NCBI GenBank assembly: GCA_903813345.2
Contig: CAIIXF020000001.1
Span: 38,378,001 to 38,442,000 of the forward strand
Direction: 5' to 3'
Length of the DNA stretch: 64,000 bases
DNA from: Owenia fusiformis
Taxonomy: Eukaryota
Shown: piece after piece, positions 1-12,900 of the stretch
Numbering within the stretch: position 1 is the first letter of the stretch
How the letters are laid out: the number at the start of each line of letters is the position of its first letter
Translations under genes and position numbers: made by a program
The notes under the pieces: generated by a model
Database searches by the model: none
What the model saw: only the letters and a program-made list of their open reading frames with translations
Told to the model about the DNA's origin: nothing

Positions 1-264
1 TAACTAATATTCCATGGTTTCTACATGAAAAGCATTTATCGTTTCCACTTTGTGTTACCTTACGCGAAACTCCCCATGAAAAGGACAAGGCAAGGTAGTT
101 TCGAAAGTTAAACCTAGTTTTAGACGCAGATTGGATAATCATATTTGAATAAAAAGAACATCCAATTATTTATGGTGCATGTAAATAGTGATACATCCAC
201 ATGTAAATGCGATGGTAGCGTCAATTGAAATTTTCCAATGGATAAAAAATATTTATATTTTCAG

Positions 265-1794
265 GCATTTTGTTAATGTTCGGTGCATTTCTAGCTTACG
301 AGACGAGGAAAGTTAGAGTCCCAGCATTAAATGATTCTAAATTTATCGGTAAGCATTTTCTGACGACCACTGCTGAGATTTGCACATGTAAAAATATTTA
401 GTCCAAATGGGAATTAATTGTTACTTAATTAGTTTCTGAGCGAATAACTTCTTTTTACTTTGTAACACATAATATTTGAAGGTATCGGCGAGTATAACGG
501 ATTTTTACTACATAGTGCGATATCATTTTAGGAATTAGGACATATAGTTTTTATATTGTGTATCATTATGAGATTTCAATTTATAAGCGTGTATATAACG
601 TCTGTTCTTTTCAGGTTTAAGCATAACGTCGTTGTACCGTGCATAGATATTATTTTCAGGTATAACGCCGTTGTTCTGTATAATACTATTTTATTTTCAG
701 GTATAAGCGTGTATAACGTCGTTGTGCTATGTATGATAGGCGTACCTATAGTTCTCATTATGAAAGACAAGGTGGATGTTACATACGCTCTAATATCCAC
801 GTTTACGTTCTTCGCCACTGCAACCACACTCTGTCTTGTCTTCATACCAAAGGTACACTCATCTTAATTTTTACCATCCTGTTTCCTCATTGGACTTCGT
901 GAAAATGCGTGTACATGTATATTTAATAATCGTGGTTTATTTTATTTTATATCTGCAAAAAAACATTTTCAAAACTTCAGAGTTTTGCTAATTATTTCGA
1001 TATCCACATTTGGTCCGAAATTGATGACGAATAACCTTTGATGTCATAGCTTGGAGTTGCAACTGTGTTTTAGATATTAAACAGAAATCATGAAATGCAC
1101 ACTGGTACAATACTGACCAAGGCTATACAGAAGCATCATATAAAGCGCACAACAATGCGATCCCTCATGAAAGGTGCCCTTGATGACGCCGATAGGAAGC
1201 AAATGATCAAAATGAAAGAAGAACTTAGCAACCATAAAAAACAAATACAAGTGGTAAGTCCAAAGTGTTACAATGTGCTATATACTTCAAAAGTACTCCA
1301 ACGACTCCACACATACATGAAAAAAGTAACGTTCAAAATGGCGTGCATTGTAGCTTTAGACTAAAAATACGAATGTCCATATTAGGAAACCCGCCAAGCG
1401 GAAATAAGATTGATGCCAAAATCCCTAGCTATAGGGGTTCATTGCAAATCAAGTCGATTTTATTTCCATAACACTTTATTTTTAGCAACAAAGAAGGATC
1501 AGAGATCTCGAAAAAGAGAAAGGACTAGATAATAATTCGCTCCATCCAAATCATGTAGCACATATAAGTAGCAAATCAAACAGGGTATCCGAATGCCAAC
1601 AGAGACTTCTTGACAGCCACGTCACAGTTAATGATGCATGTTCCAATGAGAAACAATCGACGCATAGTGCAGCGTCTGATATACCGGAAGTACCTCACGT
1701 AAATACATGTACAGGCATTACACACTTGTCTGTCAATACACCAGATGATGACATTGAGTATAAATCAAATGAAAATTCCATTAATGTGAGGTGA
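265..1794 (+). CDS. GABA-B receptor-like (GABBR2/R3-like) class C GPCR, 3' part (TM5-TM7 and C-tail); gene begins upstream of the window
   Basis: Exons 265-348, 701-852, 1074-1253 and 1486-1794 have AG/GT borders and matching phases (1,0,0). Translation: GILLMFGAFLAYETRKVRVPALNDSKFIGISVYNVVVLCMIGVP...TTLCLVFIPK, then a coiled-coil-like tail (KMKEELSNHKKQIQVQQRRIRDLEKEK), with TGA at 1792-1794. FLAxETR..V.IPALNDSK.IG.SVYNV and TLCLVFxPK are GABA-B receptor hallmarks. AATAAA at 1850 and 2097. Confidence 0.9.
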
Positions 1795-2240
1795 AAACTT
1801 CCCATTGTACCATCACCAATCTTTTTGTCTATGTCTATTTGAAGTAAGCAATAAATTATAATTCTGATACGTATCACTTGTTCTTAATTGCAACGGAGCA
1901 ATCCGGTTGAATTAAAAAAGTTGAAGTGTAGTCAATTTCGAATGATGAAATATATATTTTGTTAGATGTTTGCATTCTTCAATTCGTATTTGCTTCTGAA
2001 TGTCACTGGACTGATATTGAGTCTCGATATCGTATTAGTATTTTATTGTTTTGTTGAACTTTGTAAATGTTACAAATCTCTATCTTTGTAAAACGTAATA
2101 AAGAAGACACTAAGTCTTTGAATCAGATAACCTTGATTAAATATGCAGATACAAGCATATCATTAACGTTTATATTAAGTTATTTATTTTTATGAAACTT
2201 TACACAATATTGTCATTCTCATATCGTTTGAATTCATTAA

Positions 2241-3072
2241 AGTCCCCGTCTAAAGTTTGAAAATATTTTTTTATCATTCATTTACTACTTGTCAGGACTT
2301 AAAAAGTAATTTTAGAGATTTTTGAACAAAAAAAAAATTTTGATAAAAAAGTTGTGAGCATTTCATTCCTCAAATGTTCAAATTTCCCGCCATTTTTCAA
2401 AAAAAGTTGAAATTTCTTAATCATCAAATATTTCTTAATGCATTTCAAAAAAGATTATCTTTTTAACACCAATGCAAAGATTGAACAAAGGACACACTAT
2501 TTCAATAATAAAATGCCATATTTGATGGGCCACTTCAATGTATTAGCAATCAAAAATATTTTGAAACATTAGTGATGTCACAAAGGTACCAAAAACTTTT
2601 TGAAAAAAATTGAAATTTTTTTTTCGATGCCAATCTTTTCTTAATATGTTAGACTTTCATAAAAAACCAATGTTGATTGTTTAACCAGATCAAAAGGAAG
2701 AATAAATTATGTTTTAGATATTATTGTACCATTGGTTTCTATGAGAACTAAAATTTTGAAATGCATTTTTCTCAGAACCATTTTCATGCACTGATAAGTT
2801 AATTTCTCGCTTATTTATGAACCGATTTTCTTAATTTTTTCGGCAAAAAACATGGGAGGATGAATGCTATGCATTGGTATGAATTGTGGCTAATTAGAAG
2901 ATATGAGTGACCTCTAAAAGTTGGTTTTAAATAAATTCACAAATTTTGGAACAAAAAGTCTATCAAAAACCACATTTTGAAATTTAAAAAAAAGGTTTCA
3001 CATATCACACTTTGATAACATTAGGTAAGACTACAATATAAGCCAAAGTGGTTTAAACTTTATATGGGGCCT
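2241..3072. mobile_element. Non-autonomous Kolobok-like DNA element (MITE)
   Basis: TTAA on both sides (2237-2240, 3073-3076). Imperfect 18-bp TIR AGTCCCCGTCTAAAGTTT / AGGCCCCATATAAAGTTT. A partial related copy starts at ~31087. Confidence 0.65.
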
Positions 3073-3224
3073 TTAAGAATTAACGGCATCATGGGGAGGT
3101 AGCATGTGAGCCATTACACTCGTGCAGGCTTTACATTTTATGTATGAGCACCATAACGTTATTTTCCCGAGAATACACTACGTTGAAATCTGTCGTTAGT
3201 AGGTTCAAATAATCACCATTTTGG

Positions 3225-5982
3225 TTAAGACATCCGTATTCTATATTTATAGAGGTCCTCATACAGCGGCAGATTGTTTGCTATTTGCAGTTTAATCATA
3301 TCATGAATTCTATCCATTTCCTCTTGCAGCTTTACATTGGAATTATTGTTGCTCGTGTAAAGAGATTCTTTATTTTCTGTTTGGATTTGACCAAAGCATT
3401 TACTATGGATCAATGCTCCATACCATTCCGGATATTCGAACCACTTATTTTTAACCTTCCCTTCCTCCCAGTTTAGCATCTCTCTTCGAAAGGGTAATTT
3501 GGTAGCATTACAATATGCTTGGAAAGCACCAACTGCAAAACATTTTACGCACTTAAATATTATTGTCGCAAAGCCTTCTACTTGCAAATGCTAGGTATTT
3601 TTGGCAAACTCTTCATATATTATATGACTATAAACTACTTTCTTATTTTCATGAAATAGATAAATAATTAAAATATGTGATGTTGAACTTTATTATAATT
3701 TCATGTTTCCTGCAAATGAACTTACTAGGGTTCCTTAACAGATCCTCTGTATCAATGACGATAGGTGTGTCACCTTTGGCCTTAAGTTGATGAAACAAAT
3801 CGTGAGCTGTCTGATACATGTATTTTCCTTCAGGAGCCACAGCTGTTATATCTTCTACTGTAAACCAAATAAATAAGACATCGTAATTTAGATCACATGA
3901 TCATTAAATTCATCCTGACAATGTATCGAAGACTGGTCCAATTATCGATGTCTTTGATCACTGTACTAGGTTACATGTACAGGTCCTATATTTGTCTAGT
4001 CAGATTTAAATTTCTGAGAACTTGTAGATGATTTTTTTGATCCTGAGAAGGTCTTTGAAGGTGAAATCTCTAATCTAGAGTCAGATTTGATCTTCTGAGA
4101 ACTTGTAGATGATTTTAAAACAAAAAATGGTCAATTTGAAGCAAGTTTAATAGGCCCGTTTGACCTTGAGAATGTCATTGAAGGTCAAATCGATAGTCAG
4201 ATTTGAACTTTGCAATCTCTGGACGTTTCGTTCAGAGTAATCGAGTTCGGCGGGCCAATGAAAATGTGTCCCTTCCAAAGCGATGCAACATGTGAGATAT
4301 TTATGTAAATTATCACCTGAACTCTTATCGCAAATTGGGGTATTGCTAAACATCGTATTTTGGCATATTTCCATCAGAATTTTTCACTTCATAATGCCGG
4401 TAGACCTTATAAAATCAATCGCCCATTGGGGTTCTTTAAGAGTGCATCTTTTAGACTAGACTACAGTGTAGGACTTCAACTTACTCGATGTAGAATCACT
4501 TCTCAAAAAGCATTTGTATAAAGATGGTATAGTTTTTTCCGGGTGCCTGATGAGAAAAGTATGCTGGTAGCCTCTAGGTACGTAGGCATCATTATCCAAT
4601 TTATCCTCAAGAAACAACGACATCTCTTTTCCAAATACAATATCATAATCTACAAAACAAGCAATGATTAGGTGGTATTGCTAAATGCAACAATGATCAT
4701 GTTATGGAATTTCGAACTTAGAAGATTATGCATTTATCTACATGAGGGAAGGTACCAGGAATTCATAGTTATATTATATAATATATATTTTATTCCATTA
4801 TAGTATACTATTTCATAACTTATTCAATATTATATACCATATTTTAAAATGAACATGAATGAAAAATTCTTATTCATAGACAAGGGGGTATCGTTTGATA
4901 ATCAGAAATTAGACGACAAAGATAAGGTAAGAAAGGGGACTTTTATTTTTAGTTGAAAATGGCTATCATTGCTCCACAACTAGTTACTTTGACGGAACGT
5001 CAATGTAACAAAATGGATGAACTTCCTGGATACGAGTTTTTTGTTTTCTCGATTAAAACTTACTTAAGTCATGTTGCGAATTATCATTTGGCACAAAGTT
5101 GGACAATATACGGTAGTCGAGCTTTTAGAAATGCTCTCGGTTTGAAATTTGATTTTTAAATAAAACTATGTATTTCATGCATTTAGACTATCGCTTTTGT
5201 TACATCGACGTAAGTCGTCAAAGTAATATACATTAGGGAGTTTAAGTTTGCAATGTTTTTCACAACCTAAACGTGAACGAAAAATATTTAAGCGATGCAT
5301 TTTTATGGGCGATCGGTCATATGTGTAGGTTGGCGTTTCAATTTTATATGTGAAATTGAACTCCCTAATGGTAATATAACGGTTTTTCGTCAATGTAACA
5401 TAGCGAAGGGCCAAATTATAATTTGCAACTTGACTTATAACTTGGTTTAAATCTAGTAAACAAAGAACTCCTAACCAGGAAGTTCATCCATTTTGTTACA
5501 TTGACGTTCCGTCAAAGTAACTAGTTGTGGAAACTGGCTATGGCTGCTCTCTAGTTCCTCACCTGTATATGACTCATTGTACAGTGATAAGCGACTAGCG
5601 TAGCTTAATTGATCCTTCTTGAATCCACAGACTGTTCCTTTGTGATTTTTTGTATTATAGTAGCGTTCACTGCGCCTCTCCTCGCTCAAGTAATATGATT
5701 TATAGTATAACTCATCGAGAACCTAATGTGAAACAAATATTATGTAACCACCGTAGCAATGCATGCCATTTCGAACGGAGTAAATAAGTCATACTAAGTT
5801 AATCAAATCCCAGTGGGCCATTCTTTTATTTCTCAGGAATCTTATTCTCATTATTATTTCATACTGACCTTAACTTTGCCTGGCTTACAGTTCTCCATGA
5901 CTCGCATGAATGCCGTAGAGCAGGACCTTGGTACGCACCACAGCAAAACACGAACCTGTGTATTATTTCCCATATTATCCAT
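3225..5982 (-). CDS. P-loop sulfotransferase-family protein (type found at the N-terminus of BCAT-like proteins), ~292 aa
   Basis: Exons 5982-5869, 5722-5563, 4649-4485, 3857-3726 and 3532-3225 total 879 nt with phases 0,1,1,1. Motifs: VLLWCVPRSCSTAFMR (5'PSB-like loop), VFGKEM, HTFLIRHPEKTIPS (3'PB), PIVIDTEDLLRNP, YCNATKLPFRREMLNW, WYGALIHSKCF, PLYEDL. Confidence 0.85.
3995..4220 (+). repeat. Dispersed repeat built from AGTCAGATTTGAACTTCTGAGAACTTGTAGATGATTTT units
   Basis: The same unit recurs several times here and at 21690-22110. Confidence 0.6.
4973..5531. mobile_element. MITE with ~57-bp TIRs in intron 2 of the sulfotransferase-like gene
   Basis: TCCACAACTAGTTACTTTGACGGAACGTCAATGTAACAAAATGGATGAACTTCCTGG at 4973 and its exact reverse complement ending at 5531. 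A solo copy of the TIR lies at ~46479-46535. No TSD recognised. Confidence 0.75.
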
Positions 5983-6819
5983 CTCAGTATAAGGTGCTTA
6001 TAGCTCTAGCAATAATACTTTTTGTCTTATCATCACAATGTCTCCACTTGTTTGTATCTTAACTTTCATTAACCAAGAGGCAGTTTAAAATCGAACTTTA
6101 ACTGAGATGTTTATAACCACTAAGAGACATGACAAATGTGTTGTTTTCCAATATTTGGAACACCATATTAAAGATCGTTCGCCAAGTGAACTTTGATGCT
6201 ATCCTTTTACACAAGAGGTGCCATGACCGCAACTAACTTGTAAGTGCTTATATGTAATCAGATAAAAGTGGTGGCAATTGTTCAGAAATTGGTCGACCTT
6301 ATGATTCACAGAATACGGTTAACTTTTTTTATGATAACAAGTCCGAATATTAGGAACATACCCGATATTACAAATATAACGCATCATTGGCCATTTTTTG
6401 CAAGGTATAAATGGTAAAATAATGATATGGTCAGATAATTTCGGGCTTTGTAAAATTAAAATATGTTATCTTGGTAACCAAATGTATGGTTCAGCCCTAA
6501 GTCAACATTTGTCCTGACATTGTGTACAACTACAATGAGAGTAGGCTGCATACATGCTCAAAGTCATTTTACTGACAACACATGTAAACAGGCAAGGACC
6601 TGTTTGAAGAAGATGATTTATCATAGATCGAGTGAAAATAATAAACTGAAATACTGGGTGATTATCTAAGTTGGTTTATATGACCCACATTCACCTTTGG
6701 AGGTTGAAGAGAACAAACTAACAAAACAAAAAACAAGAAGTAGTGTCGTGCAACAATGTTCTTTATGTTATTAAGGCACCAGAGTGATCCAAAAAGTGAA
6801 CACTTGCAACAAGCCACAT

Positions 6820-7410
6820 CATGGGCGTAGCCAGGTGGGGGGGGGGGGGGTGCGATGGGTGCCATCCCATCCCCGCAAAAAAAGAAACAAGCAATTGTGA
6901 AAGGACAAGTCTCGGTTTGGAGAACAGTCTCCTGGGCTTAAAATTTCTTTATGAAAAATATAGAACACCCAAATTAAATTTTGATTATTCAAAAGGGGAC
7001 ATTTAAATCTACAAGATGTAAAAATATCAAATTTTTGTGAAGCAGGGGTAACGCTCAATTAGACCGATTCAATAAAATACAAGTCTCAATTTGGAGAAAG
7101 AAGTTCATCAGTGTAATGCGCTAATAATTTTTGTATGAAAAATATAAAGATATCACCTAAATTGAATTTTGACTATTCAAACGAAAACATTCAAATCTAT
7201 ATTATGTAAAAAATCAAATTTATCCAAAACAGGGGTAGTGCTCAATTAGAGTGATGAACTTCCATTTCCAAACCGAGAATAGTTCTTTGATGAAAAAAAT
7301 ACATTAACAAATAGTTTGAAACACTTAGAATGCACCATAAAATTTAGGGCTTGCAATGATGCAAACCCAAAAATCACATCCCTTTAACATCTGCTTGATA
7401 CATCCCTGCA
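6820..7410 (+). mobile_element. Member of the GGGCGTAGCCAG-G(n)-TGCGATGGGTGCGA non-autonomous repeat family
   Basis: Shares its 5' motif with copies at 46613, 54178 and 62717. Contains an internal duplication (~6900-7070 vs ~7080-7250). Confidence 0.55.
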
Positions 7411-7559
7411 TATTATGTCAATTATTACTTGCATTGGTCTTTCTCATATGTTTTAGAGGAAGGATATGCTAATTCAAATCAAAATTGAATATATGTTACT
7501 AAGTTACTAAGACGACCTGCCAAGCCAGCAAACCCCGACGCAGAATTAAGTCGTCCAGT

Positions 7560-9670
7560 CCTAATATCTTGCCAGTCTCAAATTAGGAAAATTGGTCAAT
7601 ATTGTACTTAAGAGCCAAAAATGTGATTAAAAGGATTTAAATGAAAATTCAAATCCGTCCTTAACCAGTATATCTCCAAGGAAACATTGTCAAGATATAA
7701 GCCATGTCTCATTTGAAAGGTCGATAAACAAAGAATCAAAATACTGAAAAATTGTGATAAGACACATTTTCCCGTGCCCTTTGACAAAATATTTTACTGG
7801 CAAGTTTCTTAAGAAACTCTGTGATCGAACTAGAGTACTGCCAAACAGATGCACATTAATTCTTAGTTTTATTAGACTCCAGATTGAAAATCTGGAGTCT
7901 ATTGCTTTAGCCAGTTTTCTTATTCTTTCTTTCCGAACACTTTTTCTCAGCAACTAGAAGAGCTTACTTAAATCTACTTACATCATGGTCAGTAAAGGTA
8001 TGAGACCTAGTTTCTGGGAAATTAGGTCAAATTTTTATCTAGGTCAAAGGTCAAAATCTAGGTCAAATTATCATTTTTTCAATTATCTTTTTCAATTTTT
8101 TTTTTACCTTGTAGCCAATAAAAAGACAATACGACATTATGAAATCCGTTTTTTGATTACTCCTACCGATTTTGAGATATTGCGTCCGGAATGAATCCAA
8201 ATCTGCAATTCAATAGGATAGTTTCTAAATAGCAGAAAAATCAATGAAATCTCGTGCTGCCATCTTTTATTCAGCTTTTAACTCTGGCTAGAGCTCCATT
8301 CACTTACATGCTAAAATCTTGGAAAAGTGGCTTAATTTCATGATTTATCAAAGTGTGTTTGTTGAATCTGTATAAAACTTGAATGATATACCACACGATG
8401 ACCCTGTTTATGAACATGTTGTGATTAAACATGCTAATGTTGATTGACATACAAATAATCCACGGTTTTAAAGAATTTTAGCATTGCATCTATGGACATT
8501 TGGCCCAACTTTTTTTAAATTGTCATAGAAAATTATTCAAATTACATAACTGTGTAAATCAAAGCTATTTTAGGAGAAAACATTCCACTGAATTCAAATA
8601 TACCATTTAAAAGAAGGTAATGTAAGTCATTAGAGGTCTAATATGCAAGTCTCTTAAAATCTCACGAAAAACGAGATTTAGCGAGATTTCAAAAGCTATA
8701 TGGAAACTATACTATTATCGAACCGACTTCCGGTTTGGAAGTTATAGCGTTTTGAAATCTCAAAAATCGCTAAATTGGGTGCCCTGTGTTAAGTCAATGG
8801 GAAATAAGACTTTTTCGAAGTGTAAAATACAAGATATAGACTGAGTACAGCTTAACATAATGAATGCCTATAAAAGAAAGGGACCTCAAAAGCTACATAG
8901 CTTCAAAATTTGGACATCAAAATGCCTAGGTCAAAATCTAGGTCAAATGCATAGTTTTTCCTTATTTTTAGGATTCTGACACTACACTTTAATAATTTGC
9001 TTCAAAATTTTGCATACATGTAGCAAAGAGTGTGCTTATAGTGTCAGCCTTTTGCCGTCAGAAAGTATTTTGACCCACTTTTGAGATATGGTGTCCGAAA
9101 AGTAGGTCAAAATAAAAAGTTCTCCAAATTTAACGTATGAGTTATGATTAGGATTTTCCCAGGAATCCGAATCTGCAAACCAAATTTCAATCCGACTTTC
9201 GGTTCGGAAGTTACGGCGTTTTGAAAGCTCAAAAATCGCTAAATTTGGTGTCCCATGTTATGTCAATGAGAAAAAAGATTTTCTTGAAGTGTAAAATACC
9301 AGATATGGACTGAGAACAGCTAACGTTCTGAAAGCTAATAAAAGAAGGGGACCTCGAAAATGCCTAGGTCAAAAACTAGGTCAAATTCATAGTTTTTCCA
9401 TATTTTTGCGATTCTGACATTACACTTTAATGATTTGCTTCGAAATTTTGTATACAGGTAGCAAAGAGTGTGCTTATAGTGTTAGCTTTCTGCCGTCAGA
9501 AAGTATTATGACCCACTTTTGAGATACGGTGTCCGAAAAGTAGCTCAAAATAAAAGTTCTTCGAATTTAACGTATGAGTTATGAATTAAAGGAAGTATTT
9601 TCTCAGGAATCAGAATCTTTAAACCAAATTTCGATCCAATTTCTGGTTAGATAGTTATAGCGGTTTGAAG
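7560..9670 (+). repeat. Dispersed repeat with an internal ~480-bp tandem duplication
   Basis: 8720-9190 is near-identical to 9190-9670. 8220-8715 matches 15395-15885, and 7600-7790 resembles 30645-30840. Confidence 0.6.
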
Positions 9671-9991
9671 TCTCGAAAAGTCGATATGATGATAGCCCCA
9701 TGCTAAGCCAATGGAGTCGAAGATAACATTCTTAAGAGTTGTCTAAATGTCTATATTCTAGTTGACTCAGCTTATTCTGAATGACTCAGCGTACAAGTAG
9801 TTGGATGACTCAGCTTAAAAAAAGTCTGAAATCTGGAGTATTAAATTGAACTTGTTCAAGTTACATGTCTAGTTATTATTATTTTATTTCATTAATAGTC
9901 ATTGTGACCATAATTTACGGTATAATTTACAATATAAATAGTGTATGTATGAAGCTGTATATACGCAGTTCTATTTCCATCCCTAAGTTAA

Positions 9992-12900
9992 TTAAGTGTA
10001 AAGCTGGTTGAAGTGCATTCTAGGTTTCCACCAGTCTGCTCCTGCAACAAATGACCGTCTACTTTCTGGTAAACACATGATTCCCTGTTTGAAGTAACCA
10101 GGGCAGCAGGTACCTGAGATCTCACAATTTCTGGAAGTAAATATAACAATAACCAAACCCATTCATTTTAGTGGCCTTGTATTAACATCACATTCATTAT
10201 TTTTGAATCATGATATAGATTTCTTGAATTTTGTTAGGTCATTGCGGAAGTCATACTCATTCCAATGGTATATAAGGATCGGGTGTCATTCAAATGATCG
10301 GGGATTTTTACCAAAAACATAAATTCCTTTAAATACACACATGGTTTCATTTAGGATATATTACTACAAATCAAGTAGGAGTCGCGTCTTGTACTTACCT
10401 ATGACATTCCTGTTTCTTTTCTGCATCGGGTAATGAACATCCATTGCACTTTGCAGAGACATCTATATTGCATGCAAATACGTTACACGTCTCTGTATCA
10501 AATGAACTTCCTCTTTAATAAATCAAAAATGGCATTATTGTCTCTACCTTTAACGATATAGGGAGGTTCAAGAATGGGATAATAGACATAAGAAGATTAC
10601 GAATTCTGTTTCATTATAGGGCTCTTCAAACATGAAGAGGAGAGGAATCTAAGCCGTATTAATTCTTGGATCAAAACACTTTAATTACAGCATTCTTCTA
10701 AACCTACTCGCATCTTGGGTATTTCTGATGATGTAAACACGCCCTTTTGCGACTTCTTCTGCCACAACCCCCACACGACTTTGAGCAAGGAGTCCATTGA
10801 CTCCATTCCGCCCACTGAGCGCCTGAAAGTCAAACATTGCACAAGGTACTTTCTGTCTACTCCATAATCGTATCGTATCAAAATACTGTAAAAGTAATGT
10901 AAAAACATCAAAATAAGAATGAAGCCGAGATATTATTTTATTACTGCTCCGGTAGCGCTGCACCAAATGTTTAGAACCTACTGCCCTTTTCTGAATGTGT
11001 TTCTGAAATCGGAGAAACCATTGAGCCTTTGTTCAAAGTGTACCTGTTTCAAATGTGTATTTAGCACGGAATCCTTGTAAACCTTCAACTCCATTCGATT
11101 GAAACAGAACCATCATTCTATTCGTTTCTGACATCAGAATGACTTGAGGGGTTTGCCTACAGCAGAATCTAGAAATAGCCGATTTATTTCAAAAAGTAGT
11201 ACTTTTATAATAAGTATACATAAGGTGTGATCTTTCTTGGTCCTATGTACTGATTCCCATTGGCAGTGGCATGTTTAAAATTATCAAAACATGTTTGTTA
11301 TCCCAATGTCTTACCAACTTACTTAAAACTAGATTATAAGTGCAAAGAAATAACCAGATAGCATTTTGAAATTGTAAAATATTCTGGCTAGGCACCCTTC
11401 TACCCCTGCCCCCTCGATTCCCGAAAAAGAAAACCATTGAAAAATCAGAACTTCTTTAATTAGATTGATTCGATGTCTTGTCCTATTGACTTAAATACAC
11501 TTGAAAGTGCCCAGAAATCACCAAATAGCATATTAAAATTGCAAACTTTTCCAGAGGGAGTGGAGTCAGTGGACCACCCCGCTCCCAAAAAACAATTGAA
11601 ACAAATTCTAAAATTATTTTTTACAGGATTTCTCAAAAAAGGGAAACAGGGTTTTAATTGCTTATTTTTTGAGATTTGTGGCAGACATTTGCATTGAAAG
11701 GGGTCATGTTGAAGGGGTTAAAACAACTTTGAATTTAAAAAGGGTGTGGGTTCGATCCCCACTGGGGTGGACTGACTCTTTCACATCAGCCCTTAGCACA
11801 GGATTTTATTCTGTGTTTTCATTAACTAATGTATAAATGTGTAAATTGGAATTAATGAGTAAAAGAGTAATATCCCGATGTTTGTTAATATTTATCACTA
11901 TGTTATGATGGTGAAATTGACTCGGCTGAAAGTGGCGCAAACCCAATTCTGACATGGTTACTTAAATCCCTGATTGTTAAGTCATCTGTGGAGGAAAATC
12001 TTGGTACTGTATATGAAAGAAAACATAATGAGGCAAATGATGGTACGAATGATGGTACGAATTTTTCTAACATTATTCATCTTTATAAAATAAGTAATTT
12101 AATCTCGGTTTCCTTTTTTGAGATATTGTCTCAAACACTTTAAAAGTGCCCGGACACCATCAACTAGCCCCTTCCATCTGCCCCCCCCCCAAAAAAAATG
12201 TAAACATGTTTTCTTTTTTTTCTCAGTTTTATTTATTGTCCAACACTTTTTAAAGTGTCCAGAAATGACGAACATAATGTTTATCTTGGATTGGTCAAAT
12301 GTCCGAGAGAGAAGGCCCGCAAAACTTTTTGATTTTTGTCCAGAAATTGCAACTTGAATTAGTAAAATTTCCTGGCATTCCCCTAAAAATGATAATAAGT
12401 AATAACCTTAAAACATTTTGAACTAGTAAAATGTGGGGGTTACTCCTTGCATACAGAAAATACAAATTTGAAAAAGATATTCCGGAATTTGTAAGTTGTA
12501 TTTGTTAATTCAAACACTTTAAAAGTGCCCAGGAATCACCAATTGTCATATTGAATTCATACCATTTTCTGGCACCCTACCCCTAAAACTAAGGCATTTA
12601 TTTATTCACAGTGCACAGAAATAACCAGACAGCATGAAAAAATCCCCTTCCTCCTCCAAAAAGAAAACGATTTAGAATAAGACTGAATTAATTGATTGAT
12701 CCTATTCATTTAAACACTTGGAGGGGACAAGAAATCAATGAACATGATCTTGAATTGGTAAAAGTTTATACCGGGGACCCTTCTAGCACACCCTCACGGT
12801 CTCCCACTATTCTAAACCAGCGTACTTAATCGAGTCGATCACCAGTGAATATAAAACCAAATACAATACAAATACTACCCAGTATTATATAGTGTATATA

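Noticed and set aside
11745..11800. GGTTCGATCCCC B-box/T-arm motif
   Set aside because: No A-box or cloverleaf. At most a tRNA-derived SINE fragment.
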